DNA of 64,000 nt from Nemertoderma westbladi (GCA_032718475.1 JAUCBJ010007242.1:100229-164228), one strand, 5' to 3'. Positions 46,323-58,927 are shown, numbered from the stretch's first letter. Numbers and translations: made by a program. Notes: generated by a model not told the origin, from the letters alone.

Positions 46323-49300
46323 ATGTCTGACACTCAGCAAAACCTGTCGGACAGTCTGATCGATACAACTATCTGTGATTCAGATAGGAGTGTGGAGCGA
46401 ATAAGAGAGGAGTTCGGCTCACCTCATACTGTAAAAAAGGTCATCCCTCCAGTAGTATTAGACCCTAGGCTAGTCCACCATAGGTCCATCATAGGCACTC
46501 GGGCACAGGTAAAACGGGACCAAGAGGCAGTTGTCTTATCGCAGCAACATCTTGGTCAAGAACCTACTTCCCAGCGACCCGATAGCTCCAGTAGTTCGGA
46601 TACTGTAGAGCTGACTCCCGAACATGGAGTGCAGATGTCTGATAAAGTCTACTCGGACCCCCTTCTTACTCTTCCTGCTGCAGTGCTAACTACTATATTC
46701 ATTGCGGTGGAGGAACATCAAGCCGACTGGGCGAAGAATAGGCGAGCGACCCAAGATAATTACGCGGGATACGCCAGGGAAGAATTGATATCTATTGTTG
46801 AATCACAATGGAACTTTCCCGGACTCGGACTTCCGTTTGATATGTCCGAGGCTACTTGGGAAGATATACACAGGATGGGAGTGGCAAAAGATACAATGGA
46901 TCCAGCTGTATGGAAGAGGTCGGCAGCAGGATATGTGCAGGGATTCTTCGGCTCCTTGGAGCGCTTGGAAGAACAACTGTTTCGACAAATTCAAGGACCT
47001 CAAGAGCAGGAAGAGCTGCTATACCAAGTACGTGAAAGAACCCTACGCATTCGACTAATCCTCTCAGCCTTTGAGGAAACTTCCAAAAGAAGACAGGACA
47101 CGTCGCTGCAGGTTGCTGTCAAAACTTGGTTACATCGGGTAGATCTCAAAGTACAGGAAACGGCCACGTGGAAATCCCAGCTGGCTGAGAGATCAACTTG
47201 TGAAGAACAAACTGATGTCACCCTTTCTCAAGCGGAAAGCGAAGAGGCCGCCGAGAAACCGCGAACTAGAGACGCTATCGACATTTATTTGTCCGACTAT
47301 CAGCGATTCCTAGGAGACGAAGAGTTGAGGAGACGGCTGCATGGACTTTCCCCTAATAGTGAAGGAACCAAGCTTATATTGGACTCAATCGATGCCGAAA
47401 TGTTAGCTGCAAACCAAGCTGAATGTGATGAAAAACTCCGCCTCCTTAGAGTTCGAGAAGAACAAGTAAAGAAAGAACTGATAGAGAGAAGAAAGGTAGC
47501 AGCGGCGGCGGAAGCAGAAGCAGAAAGAAAAGAAGCAGAAGCCGAAAGAAAGGCAAAAGCGGCAGAAGCAGAAGCCGAAAGAAAGGCAACAGTGGCAGAA
47601 GCAGAACGGAGAGCGTCTGAGGCGACTATCCAATTGGAGTTGGAAAAGCTGCAAGAGACGCAAGACAGTATAAATAAACAGTTTACTGCTAATCAAATGC
47701 AGATGATGAGAAAATCTACTCCCAAGCGTCAAGGATACACATCCTCGGAGGAAGGCGATACTACCGATCCTGAAGGCGGAGAAAATAAATCTCATTTGAG
47801 TAGGCGTAGAAAAACATATTACCGTCGCAAATTGCCTGATTTGCCCCCAGCTGTTAAAAGACAGCTAACTAGCACAGATTTAGGTAGTGCAGAACCCATA
47901 GAACAATTTATCCAGGTCAAAAGACTCCCTACTATAGTCGATGAACCTGAAATAATTAGGCCTGTAGTTCCCAAAGTCACTTCTGTGCTAGAGACCCCTA
48001 CACTTCCAGAGCTTAACTCTAAATTCCCTTTACATAGCACTACACTGCCTGTACCCGGTGGAACAGTCCATTCAAATACCCCTGTCCAGATAGCAGAGAG
48101 AGAAATTAATAATTTGTCTCCCGTCGTCCCGCGTCAGCCCGCTACTATGTTGGCGACTCCCGCTTCGGCGGTTGAGTGGGTGGAGGAGGGACGGCGGGGG
48201 ATGAATCTCCTGTTAGGACAGATGCAGGAGACTGTCCACCAACTTAAGGGAACGGTGAGGGAAAGTAGAGCAGAGTTGCAAGAAGTGCAGCAAAGCATCG
48301 CGCTAGAACGCGACAAATTAGTCAATATACAAAAAGGCATACCAATGCCCCCTGTAACATTGTGTCAACCCGTTAGGTCTGAAGTATTACATGCGCAAGG
48401 TGTGGAGCCTACACGCATCTATACTGCTAGTGAAGTTGAAACTCCTATAGCAAACCCTATTAAGGGTGATTATAGACCTGTTATTAATGATATTCCTTAT
48501 CGACCTGATAATGATCCGAGAAATTTGTATACCGATAATTCGATATTAAATAACACGATGGCCCAAGAAAGCTTTACGCGTCAGATGGCTAGAACAGAAG
48601 CCCGCCAAGCGGTCAAAGTGGGAGAGATCGTCAAATTCAATGGAGATGAGATGAAATGGTTACCTTTCAACGAATATTACAAAGATAGCATACAGAACTC
48701 TGTACTATCTAACGGAGAGAAACTTAGATTCCTCATCAAGTGTTTGGAAGGACCTCCCAAGTTAATGGCGTTAAAGTTTATTGGACATCCAGATGGATTA
48801 AGACAAGTTTGGGATACATTAAACATCAGGTATGGTAACAAAGATAACATAGCTAAGTATTTGTATACAAAATTAGTAGCCCCCCGACACTTCCTTAGTA
48901 GTGGGATTATAGAGTTTTCCGATGAAATACAAGAGATCTGTAGACAACTGGACTGGTTAGGTAAGTCGCATGAATACCAGAGTTCCATGGTCCTTGGAGC
49001 CGTAGTCTCTACTTTACCAAAGGGTGGAGTATGTACACGCTGGGACAAGAAAGTGTTGTACATGAATGAACAACAACGACGAAGTCCTACCATGGCTGAC
49101 CTCATGTCCTTCTTAGATAGTGAAGTAAAATTACAACTCATAAGGCAGTCCAGAGAGAAAACATCGGAAAATAAGGTAAGTGAGAAACCTGTTTCTAGGA
49201 GAAGGATAATACCAGTGTGTTATACTGACGACGGCGAAAGCCAAGCTTCTCAAGAAGAGGACAGCAGGAAAGACACAGCAAAATCTTACTATGACAACAA

Positions 49301-50894
49301 GACCTATAAAGACGTAAGTAAATACAAGTCTCGAATCAGTGACAGGAGAGAACAGGTAACAACAACTCCTCCTACGTCTCCTAAGAGAATTCACGGAAGA
49401 AAGCCCGAAGAAAGAACGAGAGTGCATAACGTTACCCAAGGTAAGGTGAGTGACATCAAACCAAAATGTGCGCTGTGCGACGGGCCCCACCGTTTGAGTG
49501 CGTGTGCTGAATTTCTAAAGAAATCCCCTGTAGACAGACGTACAGTCCTGTGGAATAAGCGGTTATGCTATAATTGCCTCAGATCAGGACACCAACGGCG
49601 AACCTGTTACTCCGACGTAAAGTGTGCAAAGTGTGGCGCGAAACATCACATCTTGTTACACAGTGAGTTCGAACGAGACAACCCGAGTCAGGTAAGTGAG
49701 CCCGAACTACATGTCCAATTCAGTGATGTGAACGACACTGACCAAGGTTCTGAGTGGGAAGGATTCTATACAGACGAATTCTCCGATGCCAACGAATCCT
49801 GTTATCTAATAAATACCACAGTGTATCGAGCACTTACGTATGAAAAGGACACTGACGAGTTTACTCCAACTCCTTTTGACAAACAACCATCTTGGAAAGT
49901 TCCAACTTCCAACATAGGAATAAGAGAATTTCCTGTAGTGCAAGTGAGAGTTCATGGTCTCAACAAGAGTTACATAGTGAACGCCCTACTTGACTCCGGC
50001 AGCACAGGAACATTCATCGATCAAGAACTAGCCGAAGATATCTTTGCTGGACAACCCAAGTTCCGGACTAAATTGAATATGTCAGGAATTATGCAGGTTT
50101 GGAAATCTACCCTAACGGCAGATTACTATGTAGGTGTGTTGTCCACCCCCCAGGATAAGTTAGGAACACAAGGTATAAGGTCAGTAAAAATGGTGGCTAT
50201 AAAGAACTTTGCTACTACTCAAGCAGAACCTTATAATTGGGACGAGGATGAGTGCATCCAACATCTTGAGATACCTCGATTCCAAACCGATTATCCTGGA
50301 GTGCAAATACTCATCGGCCAAAACGCGCATGAGGCGCTCGAGCCATTAGAGAAACGGCCTGCTCAACCACAGCCACTACAAACCTATGCGGTAAGAACTA
50401 GAGTAGGTTGGTACTTCACTGGCCCTTCCCGTAGAACTCTCAAAGAGAGATTACCTCAACAACAGGTATACCAAGTAAAGGGGGAAGTGGAGAGCAGTGA
50501 TGTGGACGACCCAACTGAGGGAACACCATACTCCTCAGATAATGACGATATTAACTCCAATGTAGATCAATGGAGACATTGCCTTGGGACGATTAATCCA
50601 GCCGACACCGCTTCCAGAGGAGCAACTCTTCAAGAACTGATAGATACTCCAGGCTGGTTAGGTGGACCCGACTCCCTAAGTAAAGAAGAAGATGAATGGC
50701 CTCCTCATCTTACCACTGAGGAGATTAGACAGGCCAAGGGAGCGGAGGAAGTAACACGACAGCCTAATCGCCCAGCTGGTCGCTTAGGTTTACTGGAAAG
50801 AGACCGAAAACTGTCCGGAAACCATGGAAGGCAGGATACTCTTCCTACGACCACTTCCCTAATTCGACAAAGATCTAGGGACTCCATAACGTAA
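46323..50894 (+). CDS. BEL/Pao gag-protease fused in frame to the RNase H tail; RT and integrase absent
   Basis: DUF1759-like KFNGD..W..F...EKLRFL..CLEG. Three knuckles (CX2CX3HX4C, CX2CX4HX4C, CX2CX3HX4H). ALLDSGS, then QWRH...NPAD.ASRG...W.GGP..L...WP. Confidence 0.9.
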   Translation: MSDTQQNLSDSLIDTTICDSDRSVERIREEFGSPHTVKKVIPPVVLDPRLVHHRSIIGTRAQVKRDQEAVVLSQQHLGQEPTSQRPDSSSSSDTVELTPEHGVQMSDKVYSDPLLTLPAAVLTTIFIAVEEHQADWAKNRRATQDNYAGYAREELISIVESQWNFPGLGLPFDMSEATWEDIHRMGVAKDTMDPAVWKRSAAGYVQGFFGSLERLEEQLFRQIQGPQEQEELLYQVRERTLRIRLILSAFEETSKRRQDTSLQVAVKTWLHRVDLKVQETATWKSQLAERSTCEEQTDVTLSQAESEEAAEKPRTRDAIDIYLSDYQRFLGDEELRRRLHGLSPNSEGTKLILDSIDAEMLAANQAECDEKLRLLRVREEQVKKELIERRKVAAAAEAEAERKEAEAERKAKAAEAEAERKATVAEAERRASEATIQLELEKLQETQDSINKQFTANQMQMMRKSTPKRQGYTSSEEGDTTDPEGGENKSHLSRRRKTYYRRKLPDLPPAVKRQLTSTDLGSAEPIEQFIQVKRLPTIVDEPEIIRPVVPKVTSVLETPTLPELNSKFPLHSTTLPVPGGTVHSNTPVQIAEREINNLSPVVPRQPATMLATPASAVEWVEEGRRGMNLLLGQMQETVHQLKGTVRESRAELQEVQQSIALERDKLVNIQKGIPMPPVTLCQPVRSEVLHAQGVEPTRIYTASEVETPIANPIKGDYRPVINDIPYRPDNDPRNLYTDNSILNNTMAQESFTRQMARTEARQAVKVGEIVKFNGDEMKWLPFNEYYKDSIQNSVLSNGEKLRFLIKCLEGPPKLMALKFIGHPDGLRQVWDTLNIRYGNKDNIAKYLYTKLVAPRHFLSSGIIEFSDEIQEICRQLDWLGKSHEYQSSMVLGAVVSTLPKGGVCTRWDKKVLYMNEQQRRSPTMADLMSFLDSEVKLQLIRQSREKTSENKVSEKPVSRRRIIPVCYTDDGESQASQEEDSRKDTAKSYYDNKTYKDVSKYKSRISDRREQVTTTPPTSPKRIHGRKPEERTRVHNVTQGKVSDIKPKCALCDGPHRLSACAEFLKKSPVDRRTVLWNKRLCYNCLRSGHQRRTCYSDVKCAKCGAKHHILLHSEFERDNPSQVSEPELHVQFSDVNDTDQGSEWEGFYTDEFSDANESCYLINTTVYRALTYEKDTDEFTPTPFDKQPSWKVPTSNIGIREFPVVQVRVHGLNKSYIVNALLDSGSTGTFIDQELAEDIFAGQPKFRTKLNMSGIMQVWKSTLTADYYVGVLSTPQDKLGTQGIRSVKMVAIKNFATTQAEPYNWDEDECIQHLEIPRFQTDYPGVQILIGQNAHEALEPLEKRPAQPQPLQTYAVRTRVGWYFTGPSRRTLKERLPQQQVYQVKGEVESSDVDDPTEGTPYSSDNDDINSNVDQWRHCLGTINPADTASRGATLQELIDTPGWLGGPDSLSKEEDEWPPHLTTEEIRQAKGAEEVTRQPNRPAGRLGLLERDRKLSGNHGRQDTLPTTTSLIRQRSRDSIT

Positions 50895-51419
50895 TTATAT
50901 ATGGAGTGGGTGTGTGACTATATTATTTTATATTTTTTTTTATTATTATTTTATATTTAGGTATGTATTATTATGTAATTTTATTATAATCGTTTTCTTT
51001 AATTTTATTTAGTAGAATGTTATTTTAGAATATTTAGTAAATTAGTGCAATATATTAGTGTTTATTACGTATTTAATTACTTACAATATATTTAGTGCGA
51101 CGGCAAGAAATAATTATTTTTCTCTTTCCTTACTGTCCGTATTATATTATAAATGCGAGACTATAGTAAGATGACATGTCAGTACTTCTTAAAGTACAAT
51201 AAAGCCACTACTATATTTAAGTATTATTGGTAGGCAGAGTATTAGGAATGCAAAGTTCAGATCCTCGTGTCTCGGCTAAACCAAGCTCTGGGTAGACCTT
51301 GGAAACGACTTGCCTCTTCACACTGACATTGCTTCGTGCGATATTGCTCTTCTACCTTATAACAAATAATACATATAGTAGCGTGATGTCCCTCTAACAG
51401 TAGCGTAAATCGCAAATAA

Positions 51420-51720
51420 ATCTGTTAAACTTTTGACCATCTGTAATTCTAGTCGATTAAGATATCGTGGCACCCACCGATATACTTGAAAGACAAATTC
51501 TAGAATCAGTGGTTAACGTCCCCAGACAAGTTCTGGAATAAATTGGTGCCCATCCTAAATATTAATTTAATATTTATTAAAATCTGTAAAATTCAGATCC
51601 GTTAACAATTCTAGTCGATTAAGATATCGTAGCACTTACCGATACTCTTAAAAGACAAATTTCATAGAATTAAGGATCCTATGTCCCCAGACCTGCTCTG
51701 GAATCAAATTGTGTCAATTT
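51420..51720 (+). repeat. ~162-bp tandem duplication in the BEL 3' region
   Basis: AATTCTAGTCGATTAAGATATCGT at ~51445 and ~51607. Confidence 0.8.
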
Positions 51721-52522
51721 TAGCATCAAATAATAAAATTCACGGGAATAAATTTAAATTCATATTCGAATGAATTTCATAAATTGTCATTTTGTGCAAT
51801 TTACAACATTCCAAAAATTCCAGTAATTAATAGATCATGGGAGCGGAGATTCATATTGAGTGTACTAGAGTGCGGGAATCTCCAACATATAGTCAATAGC
51901 CGATAAAAAAAATTTATAAAATCATGCATAAAGAGGATATTGACAATTAAAGAATTACTATTAAATAACATCCCAGATCTGTATGCATGAGGATTGCCCT
52001 AATTCTACCGCTAGTTTTCCATAATGTCACCATGGCAACACCCACGCTAGAATTAGAAGCAAGTTAAAGGAACAATAAAGGCTTGCCTCATTGCGTAGCA
52101 TAAGAGTATACATAGCGCTATTAGTATCCAAGGATACATAGTAAATACGTGACATTCTGGAAGACACTGACTAACGGACAAATGGTATGCATGTGTGCAG
52201 TAAGTAATGATTGTATGGAATTTGTGCGTTTATAGGTGAATGTTACTACTAAAGTGTGTTTACAGTAGCTAATCGCAATTGTAAAATAGCCCTAACTCTA
52301 CCGAGATAACCTCAAGTGGATTCAAGCCTTTGGGACGGACAGTGGTGGGACTTGTGCCGGTTATCGTTGTCGTGCTGTGCTACATGTTGGCGTAAACACT
52401 GCGACAGCGGTACATCGGCGCTGAGAAACCCACTGTCCGGGGGCGAAAAGCCTAGTAGGCAGCGACGCTTGCTTGCCTAAAATATTAACTCATATTGATA
52501 TTAATAAACTCAGATAACAGAT

Positions 52523-53955
52523 ATGACGGAATTGATAGAAGATGACCTTGGTATTAGAGAGCGATATACTCTACCTTTACAAGCGTTTGTGGATAGCTTG
52601 ATACGCGGTGAAGCCGATCCGACTATTATGGAGGACGATGGTCGTTATATCGAACCGCCGATGTCCCAAGAGCAACTTGCGCGTGAGTCGGACTATCGAA
52701 GATTAGCCGCTCGCTATACGCATCGTAGTGGTGCGTGTGTGGACTTCTTAACTACCGGCCATCCTGTCGATTTACATGATACGGACGATGTAGACACCGA
52801 AAGGGAAATGGTTCTATTTAAATATCATACCCAGCGGCGTCGTATCGATAAACCGAGAATAGATCACGAAAATTCTATTCGTAACAGACTGGGAAGACGA
52901 ACCAATATGTCTAGAATCTGAGGAGATTCAGCCTATCGCGCTCGGAATAGCGACAACGATTACATCCTAGAAGGGTATCAAGGTCCACAGTGTCTCACTG
53001 CGTACGATTATCGCCATGCCAACTATGTTTCTCGACAACGTTGTCGGCTGTGCGCATCGAGAGACCATATTACGTCTATGGACACCAACGATATCTGTTC
53101 CTATTTCCACGAGCAACCGTCGATGGAAATCTATTGTGCATATTGTCGGCTTAATAATTTGCACATTTTTGCTGTCTGCCCCCAATTTATGACTCAATGC
53201 CATCATTGTCAATTAAAAGGACACGCCAGCTTTGATTGTCCCTTCAACCATGATTTAGAGAGCGTAGATGCCTAAGGAGAGCTTGGGAAGCGAACGCTGA
53301 TTTACATTGTGATTCACGCCATCGCTATTATCCTGGACGCGCCTACGAAGGAGTTTATGCGTTCCATCCATATTTGTTTGCCTCCGTCGAGCAGAAATCG
53401 CGCTTATCAAGTTATGAACTATTGAAGCGCGTTGGAGAATGTATTTCAACCAAATATGTACGCAAATTCCTCAGGAGCATTAATCCGAGTGACATCCATT
53501 CTTACAACTTAATAAACTTTATCCGTCAAGACCCTGCCTATGGAGACTTATTCGTCAACTCACACCCTGAGTTACAAGAAGTATATCGACGGCCTTACGA
53601 GTACCGAGCCCGCGAACGCGAGTTGGAAAGAACCATTAAACCAAGGAAGTTTCTAACTACCTATGGTCCACCCACGGCCCTCGTGCAGACCACTCGTACA
53701 GGACCCGTAAGAGCGGCTGTCTTGAAACGAGCTCTCAAAGCCGTTAGACCCCTCTCCCCGGACGTTGAGGTCAATCAACCCGGTACTTCGACCGGCGGAT
53801 ATACCGATCGCAATCCCATACCTTCTGATGCAATCATATTGCACCCTTCACCCAGGAGTTATAGCCCTCCTCGTAAAGTGGCTCGCCCCAAAGAGAAAAG
53901 GACTCTTGCTAGCTTTAAAAAACTGCGTAAACGCCGTCCGCGCAAGAAAGACTAA
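52523..53955 (+). pseudogene. Accessory second ORF of the BEL element (~477 aa) with Zn knuckles; one stop and one frameshift
   Basis: The frame stays open past TGA 52919-52921 to 53275. A 1-nt shift near 53271 joins it to ORF 53374-53955. Contains CRLC...H, CAYC...H...C and CHHC...H...C, plus a basic C-terminus. Confidence 0.65.
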
Positions 53956-55993
53956 CTGTTTAGAGTATTTTTATATTTTAGAAACTGTGATTTTGTATAT
54001 TTTATAGACTTAAATCCCATTTTCTGGGAGCGGTGTAAAAGCTTTTGTGGGATAACTGATACGTTTGCCTTTGCTGGCCAGTTCTCCCCCAGGCGCTGGA
54101 ATACTCTAAAAAGGTTTTCTAACTGTATATATATTCCCCTCGCCCGCAAGGTACCTTTACAGGTGTTTTAACGGACATAAAAATCATTCTGCTATATACG
54201 TGTTTTGGCGGACATGGTAAGGCAAAAACTTGTAATGCACCAACTACCTTTCACAGCTTAGCCGTGATGATTCATATTACGACATCTAGCAGCTGGTTGC
54301 TGACATGGAAACAGCCATTGGACGCGTGGTTCTTTGTTTGGCTTGGGCCAATCAGGGCGGTTTTTCCTGTCGACGTGTAGCTTTTTAGTCGATCATAAGG
54401 AGAGTGTTCTGTCTTACTGTTTTTTCTTGATACTTTGTTGTTATTGCTGTCTAAGCCAGAAACACCGGCATTTTGGGAAGAACTCTAGTAAACTGCTTGA
54501 ATTATCGAAAGTATAAACTGTTACCTCAATAAATCACTAATTAACATGCTCACTTAATTTAATTGCATTAATCATATTGTTTGTACTGTTATTTTACCGT
54601 CAGTTATTAATTGTACCTATTTGTTGATGGAAATATTGCTATTTGGATAATACGGATAAATCACCCAATTCCCAATTTTCTTGATAACACTACAGGTTAG
54701 AGAGACCGGCTATACATAACAATTGCGATTTATATTAATGTGGTGTGTATTGAATCCAATGTTATTTAGCAGACCCTACGTGAGTCAATTACTGCTCTCT
54801 TTATGTGTGATCAAATGTACTGACTGTCGGCAGAATAGTGTGTATGATCGTGATTGGTAACAAAGTATTTCCTAAAGAATACGCTTTATACTTTAATCAT
54901 AAGCAGTATCGTTGCGTTTTAGTATAAGTCTTAGTTCTGTTTAAATAGATAAAGCGCCACGTCCTAAAGGAACTGTTAATATTTCCCGAAAGCCAATAAT
55001 ATCTGTCAGAGATTAATTATTAACGATCTATCGAATAATACATTAGGTATACACTGCAACCTTACACTGTAATAATACAATTCAAGCATCCGAATTCAGT
55101 CTCCCGGGTGTAGATCCATCGGGTGAATGATCGCGCATGGGCTGACTTCGGCTACTGTTTTGCGTATTAGCATAAATTATTGTCGTATGCTAAAGTGGTT
55201 TTAATTAACTAAAGACATATAAATTTTGGCAGGTTAAACTGCTAAAGGTCTTCAAAAGCGCGAACACTATTTGTTTGTGTTATCATTTTCGGGTTTCTTT
55301 GTACCGAATTTGGACGTCAAAGTTATTCCATGCGTTACATATTGTCAGTCCCGTGCGTTACATACTTACATATTATCAGTTCCGTGCGTTACTATTAAAT
55401 TTCTTTCGACCCTCTTGGATGTAAATGAGGAATGATGACCAATGTAATATTGTACCGGTATGACATACAGCATGACATGATTGTGTTGTGTATGTAGAGT
55501 AAGTCGACTCTTACAACATTCAAGCCTAGCCTTTTCATTATACACTGTACACTGTATTAGGTCCAGTCTATACCGGTACACTGACAATTAGTTAGAAAAG
55601 CTACTTAATACCTGCAGGCCAGCCTATCCAACTGGGACCAAAGGACTGTTTTTAGGGTAATCTAGGCCTAGGCTCATACTGGTACAGGTTGTACAGGCCT
55701 ACAAAAGTAGTATAGTATAGTGTAGGCCAACAAAAACAAAATGTAACTACTGAACTATGAGTATGACTATTATTGACTACTGGTCTGCTGGCAGCTGGTA
55801 CTATTAGATTAGGCTAATGCCCCATAATGCAGTAATCTATTTAATTATTGTAATGTATTATGTATTCAAATTCAAGTTACCATATACTGATATACCATTC
55901 TCAGTTGTGTAATGAAGTACTGGTAGAGTGGTAGGTACGCTGCACCACGTGAGGTAACAGTGCAATTTTAGGTACTAAAGGTTTAACTTTAGG

Positions 55994-56626
55994 TTTCTCG
56001 AAATAGAGTATATTGATCGGGAAGCCGTCCGGGAGTTTCAGGAGAAGGTCGATTTCTCGTCTTGTCGCCCAATTAAGAATACATTGAAAGTACATCAGGT
56101 TGTTTTCGCACCAAGTGAGATTAAGTTTTACCAGTTTAGCCACTATAACAGCTCTGTTGTTGGTGGTAATAATGAGAAACCGATCGCCATCAAATCGATT
56201 TTAGTTAATGGTGAGGTGGATGTTAACTATATTGATGATAATGAATGTAAAGAAACTGTGGTCGAATTTGATGAAACTGTTATTTGGAGTCCTGAGATTC
56301 CAAGCGTTCTGAGATATCCTTTCCTGAAGGAAATTGTTCCAGGAAGATTTGCTTTGGTCGAATTTCAGCCGGAGGAGGGCCGAAAATTCTATTGTGTTGG
56401 CAATATTGTATCTGCAGAGGATAAAGTAGATTCTCAGGACTTCACCTTGCGATTTCTGCGAAAACATATCACATTTCATGGGGAAATTGGTTTCACTTAC
56501 CCAGCCGTTCCGGATGAGTATACTGTGAATTACAAATCAATTTCAGGTCTACTACCTATTCCGCCTCCTTCACGACGAGGTGTGTACAAATTTGACGTCA
56601 ACTTCTCTGATTTTAATTTGAAATAG
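55994..56626 (+). pseudogene. C-terminal transposase remnant of the Sola2-like element
   Basis: IKNTLKVHQV...GRFALVEF...VGNI...LRFL...FTYP..PD...LPIP...RGVYKF resembles DNA-transposase C-termini, and the segment lies between the TIRs. Confidence 0.55.
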
Positions 56627-57734
56627 GCCTTCAGTTAGTGTTTTTTGTTAATATGTTTGCATCCAGTATTTGTTAAAAAAAAGTACGTCGTGTTATTTAG
56701 TTATATTTCAGTTGGTAACAGTTTATTAAAAGTAATAATTTTTTGATAATAACGAACCTATCCTATTATTAATTAATAATAACGAAACTGTCTATCAAAT
56801 ATCAAAATTTTGTTAGTCCGGCAAAAAAACAGAAATATGTCTAAAAAATTAAATTATATATTGGTTGCAGAATAATTGATTCAATCAATGAAGGTCAAAC
56901 ATAACTTGCTCTGTTAAACACTCGATACTATGAATGTTATACTGTATCATTAAGACTAATGAATGTATTTAATTTGTTTCTTTCTTTTAGACTGTCGCTA
57001 CAGTCTACAGTATAGTCCAGCGCTCTTCCATAGCCTATAGGATTATTATGGTTTATTGTTAATAAACCATAAAGGCTTGCCTACATACTGACTGTAGAAG
57101 CCCAGTGTAAACCATATCAGTGATAACTTTACTACAGTAGTAATTATTCAGGGTACATTTTGAGGAGCAGTTTCGTTTAAATGGCTTTCTAATAGTTGAA
57201 TGGGTGTCTGAAGAAATATATCATTTTATACTACATTAATTTTGTTAATTTATCCATCATATGGCACGTAATTAGTGCTGTCCATCATTTGATATTGAGA
57301 AATTTTGAACTCCAAATATTATCCGTGCGTTACTTTCCGTGCGTTACGGGAGCCACATTTAGTAAAATTGAAAGGTTTCCACTTTCTCTTTGACTTTGAT
57401 CGTTAAAATTAATGGAGCAGTTAGATGGGTTATTGCTCTACCAGTACACAATTTTTAAACCAGTTTAGTAGGGGAACTCGAATGATATTGAGATTACCAT
57501 TTTGGTCTATTTTTTTTGTCAAAGTTCAATCCGTGCGTTACCGAAACTAAATATTGAATTATTTCCATTAATATAATGTTAGGACTGAAAATAAAAATGA
57601 AAAATTAATTAGTTAGTGATATAGAATAATTTCATCAACTTGGTAATACAAAAATATCAATTTAAGCGAACAAAAACGAACAAAGGAGCGTTCATATTCC
57701 GTGCGTTACCAGAAATGACTTTTCAATAATGCCC

Positions 57735-57930
57735 TGCTGTAAGTAATCGACCTTAAGTTTCCGATTAATTCTCTGTGACTTCCAAATCCTGGAAAGCCTA
57801 TTCAAGGCTGCCCATGCCTTTCCCTTACGTATTCTAAGTATTCTCAGCTGACTTCCGGATCCATGATCCCAGGTAAGGTAACAAAAGTCGTCCACATGCT
57901 CAAGCATACAGTACCATCCTTTGAGCTTAT
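57735..57930 (-). pseudogene. RTE-clade LINE fragment (5' part)
   Basis: LEHVDDFCYL..GSW...RKGKAWAALNRLSRIWKS...KLK. Confidence 0.8.
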
Positions 57931-58927
57931 GCTCATCCGGCCAGAGACTTGCTGAGGACTTTCAAAGTTAACTGTAAAAATTGTGGGCTTTTTGGAGATA
58001 ATAAAATTCATCCTGATATGGATGGCTCTATACCTACAATAAGTCGTTGTAAAAACTGTCATAAATATTAGAGAATTACTGTAAATTCCAATATATTGAT
58101 CGGTAAGCACTCTATTGTCGTTACTCTATGTTTGTTGCTACATAGAATTGCACAAAGTCACAGAGATTGCAACCTGCGATTATAATTTACGATTATTAAA
58201 ATGGAACTCCCTCAGTTTCCTACAGTAATACAGTACATTCAGTTATAGTGCGATCAGTACACGCATAGACTCACAGGTGTGTCTGAGTCGTTTAGCTCAT
58301 ATGGTTATATATACTGCACATTCAAATAAATCGTTCAACATTATAGTTATGATGCCCGTGCAGTATACTGTATACATAACGGTTAACTCGATAAATTCAC
58401 TCACACGTGTCTGCTACATTTTGTGAAAATATTTTTTTTACAGAAAAGATTCTCAAAATTTTAAAATACGAAAATAAGTTGAGGTACTGTATAACTATTT
58501 AGTAATAAATTATTTTGCTTTGTTTTGTTAAATTGAGGCAAATAAAGTGCTTTATATCACGCGAAACCCGTGGTGTACAATATACCAGCATCATCTGTAG
58601 ACCTTTGTATCTTACATCATCCTACACAGAGCGACCATCAGACAATCCTATGAGGTTTAGCTGGTGTTCCGATTTGTGTTCGGTGAATTAGTTTGAGTTC
58701 CCATGTTTAGGTTAGCCGACACGTGTCTGGTTCGCGATTGTGTTCGGTTTATATGTCAAGTGGTTTGACATTTTCAGCTTGACGACTGGACGAGTTTTCG
58801 TCATTCCGTTAACACTACCGGACTGTGTGGCCTACGGGCAACTGTTTTAGATTGTCTGATGATCTGGTGTATGTTGATTAGAGCTGTAGGCCTACATTGT
58901 AATGCACTTGTGCTTTAGGCTTATACT

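Larger units (their letters stand above)
42834..55266 (+). mobile_element. Non-autonomous BEL/Pao LTR retrotransposon
   Basis: LTRs at 42834-44067 and 54034-55266 (TG..CA; one substitution and one 1-bp indel noticed). TSD CTATT. GGGAGCGG purine tract. Confidence 0.95.
42357..57734 (+). mobile_element. Internally deleted Sola2-like DNA transposon split by the BEL insertion
   Basis: TIRs GGGCATTATTGAAAA / TTTTCAATAATGCCC. 4-bp TSD TGCT. CCGTGCGTTAC repeated near both ends. Superfamily is inferred from the TSD length, GGG termini and ORF remnant. Confidence 0.75.
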
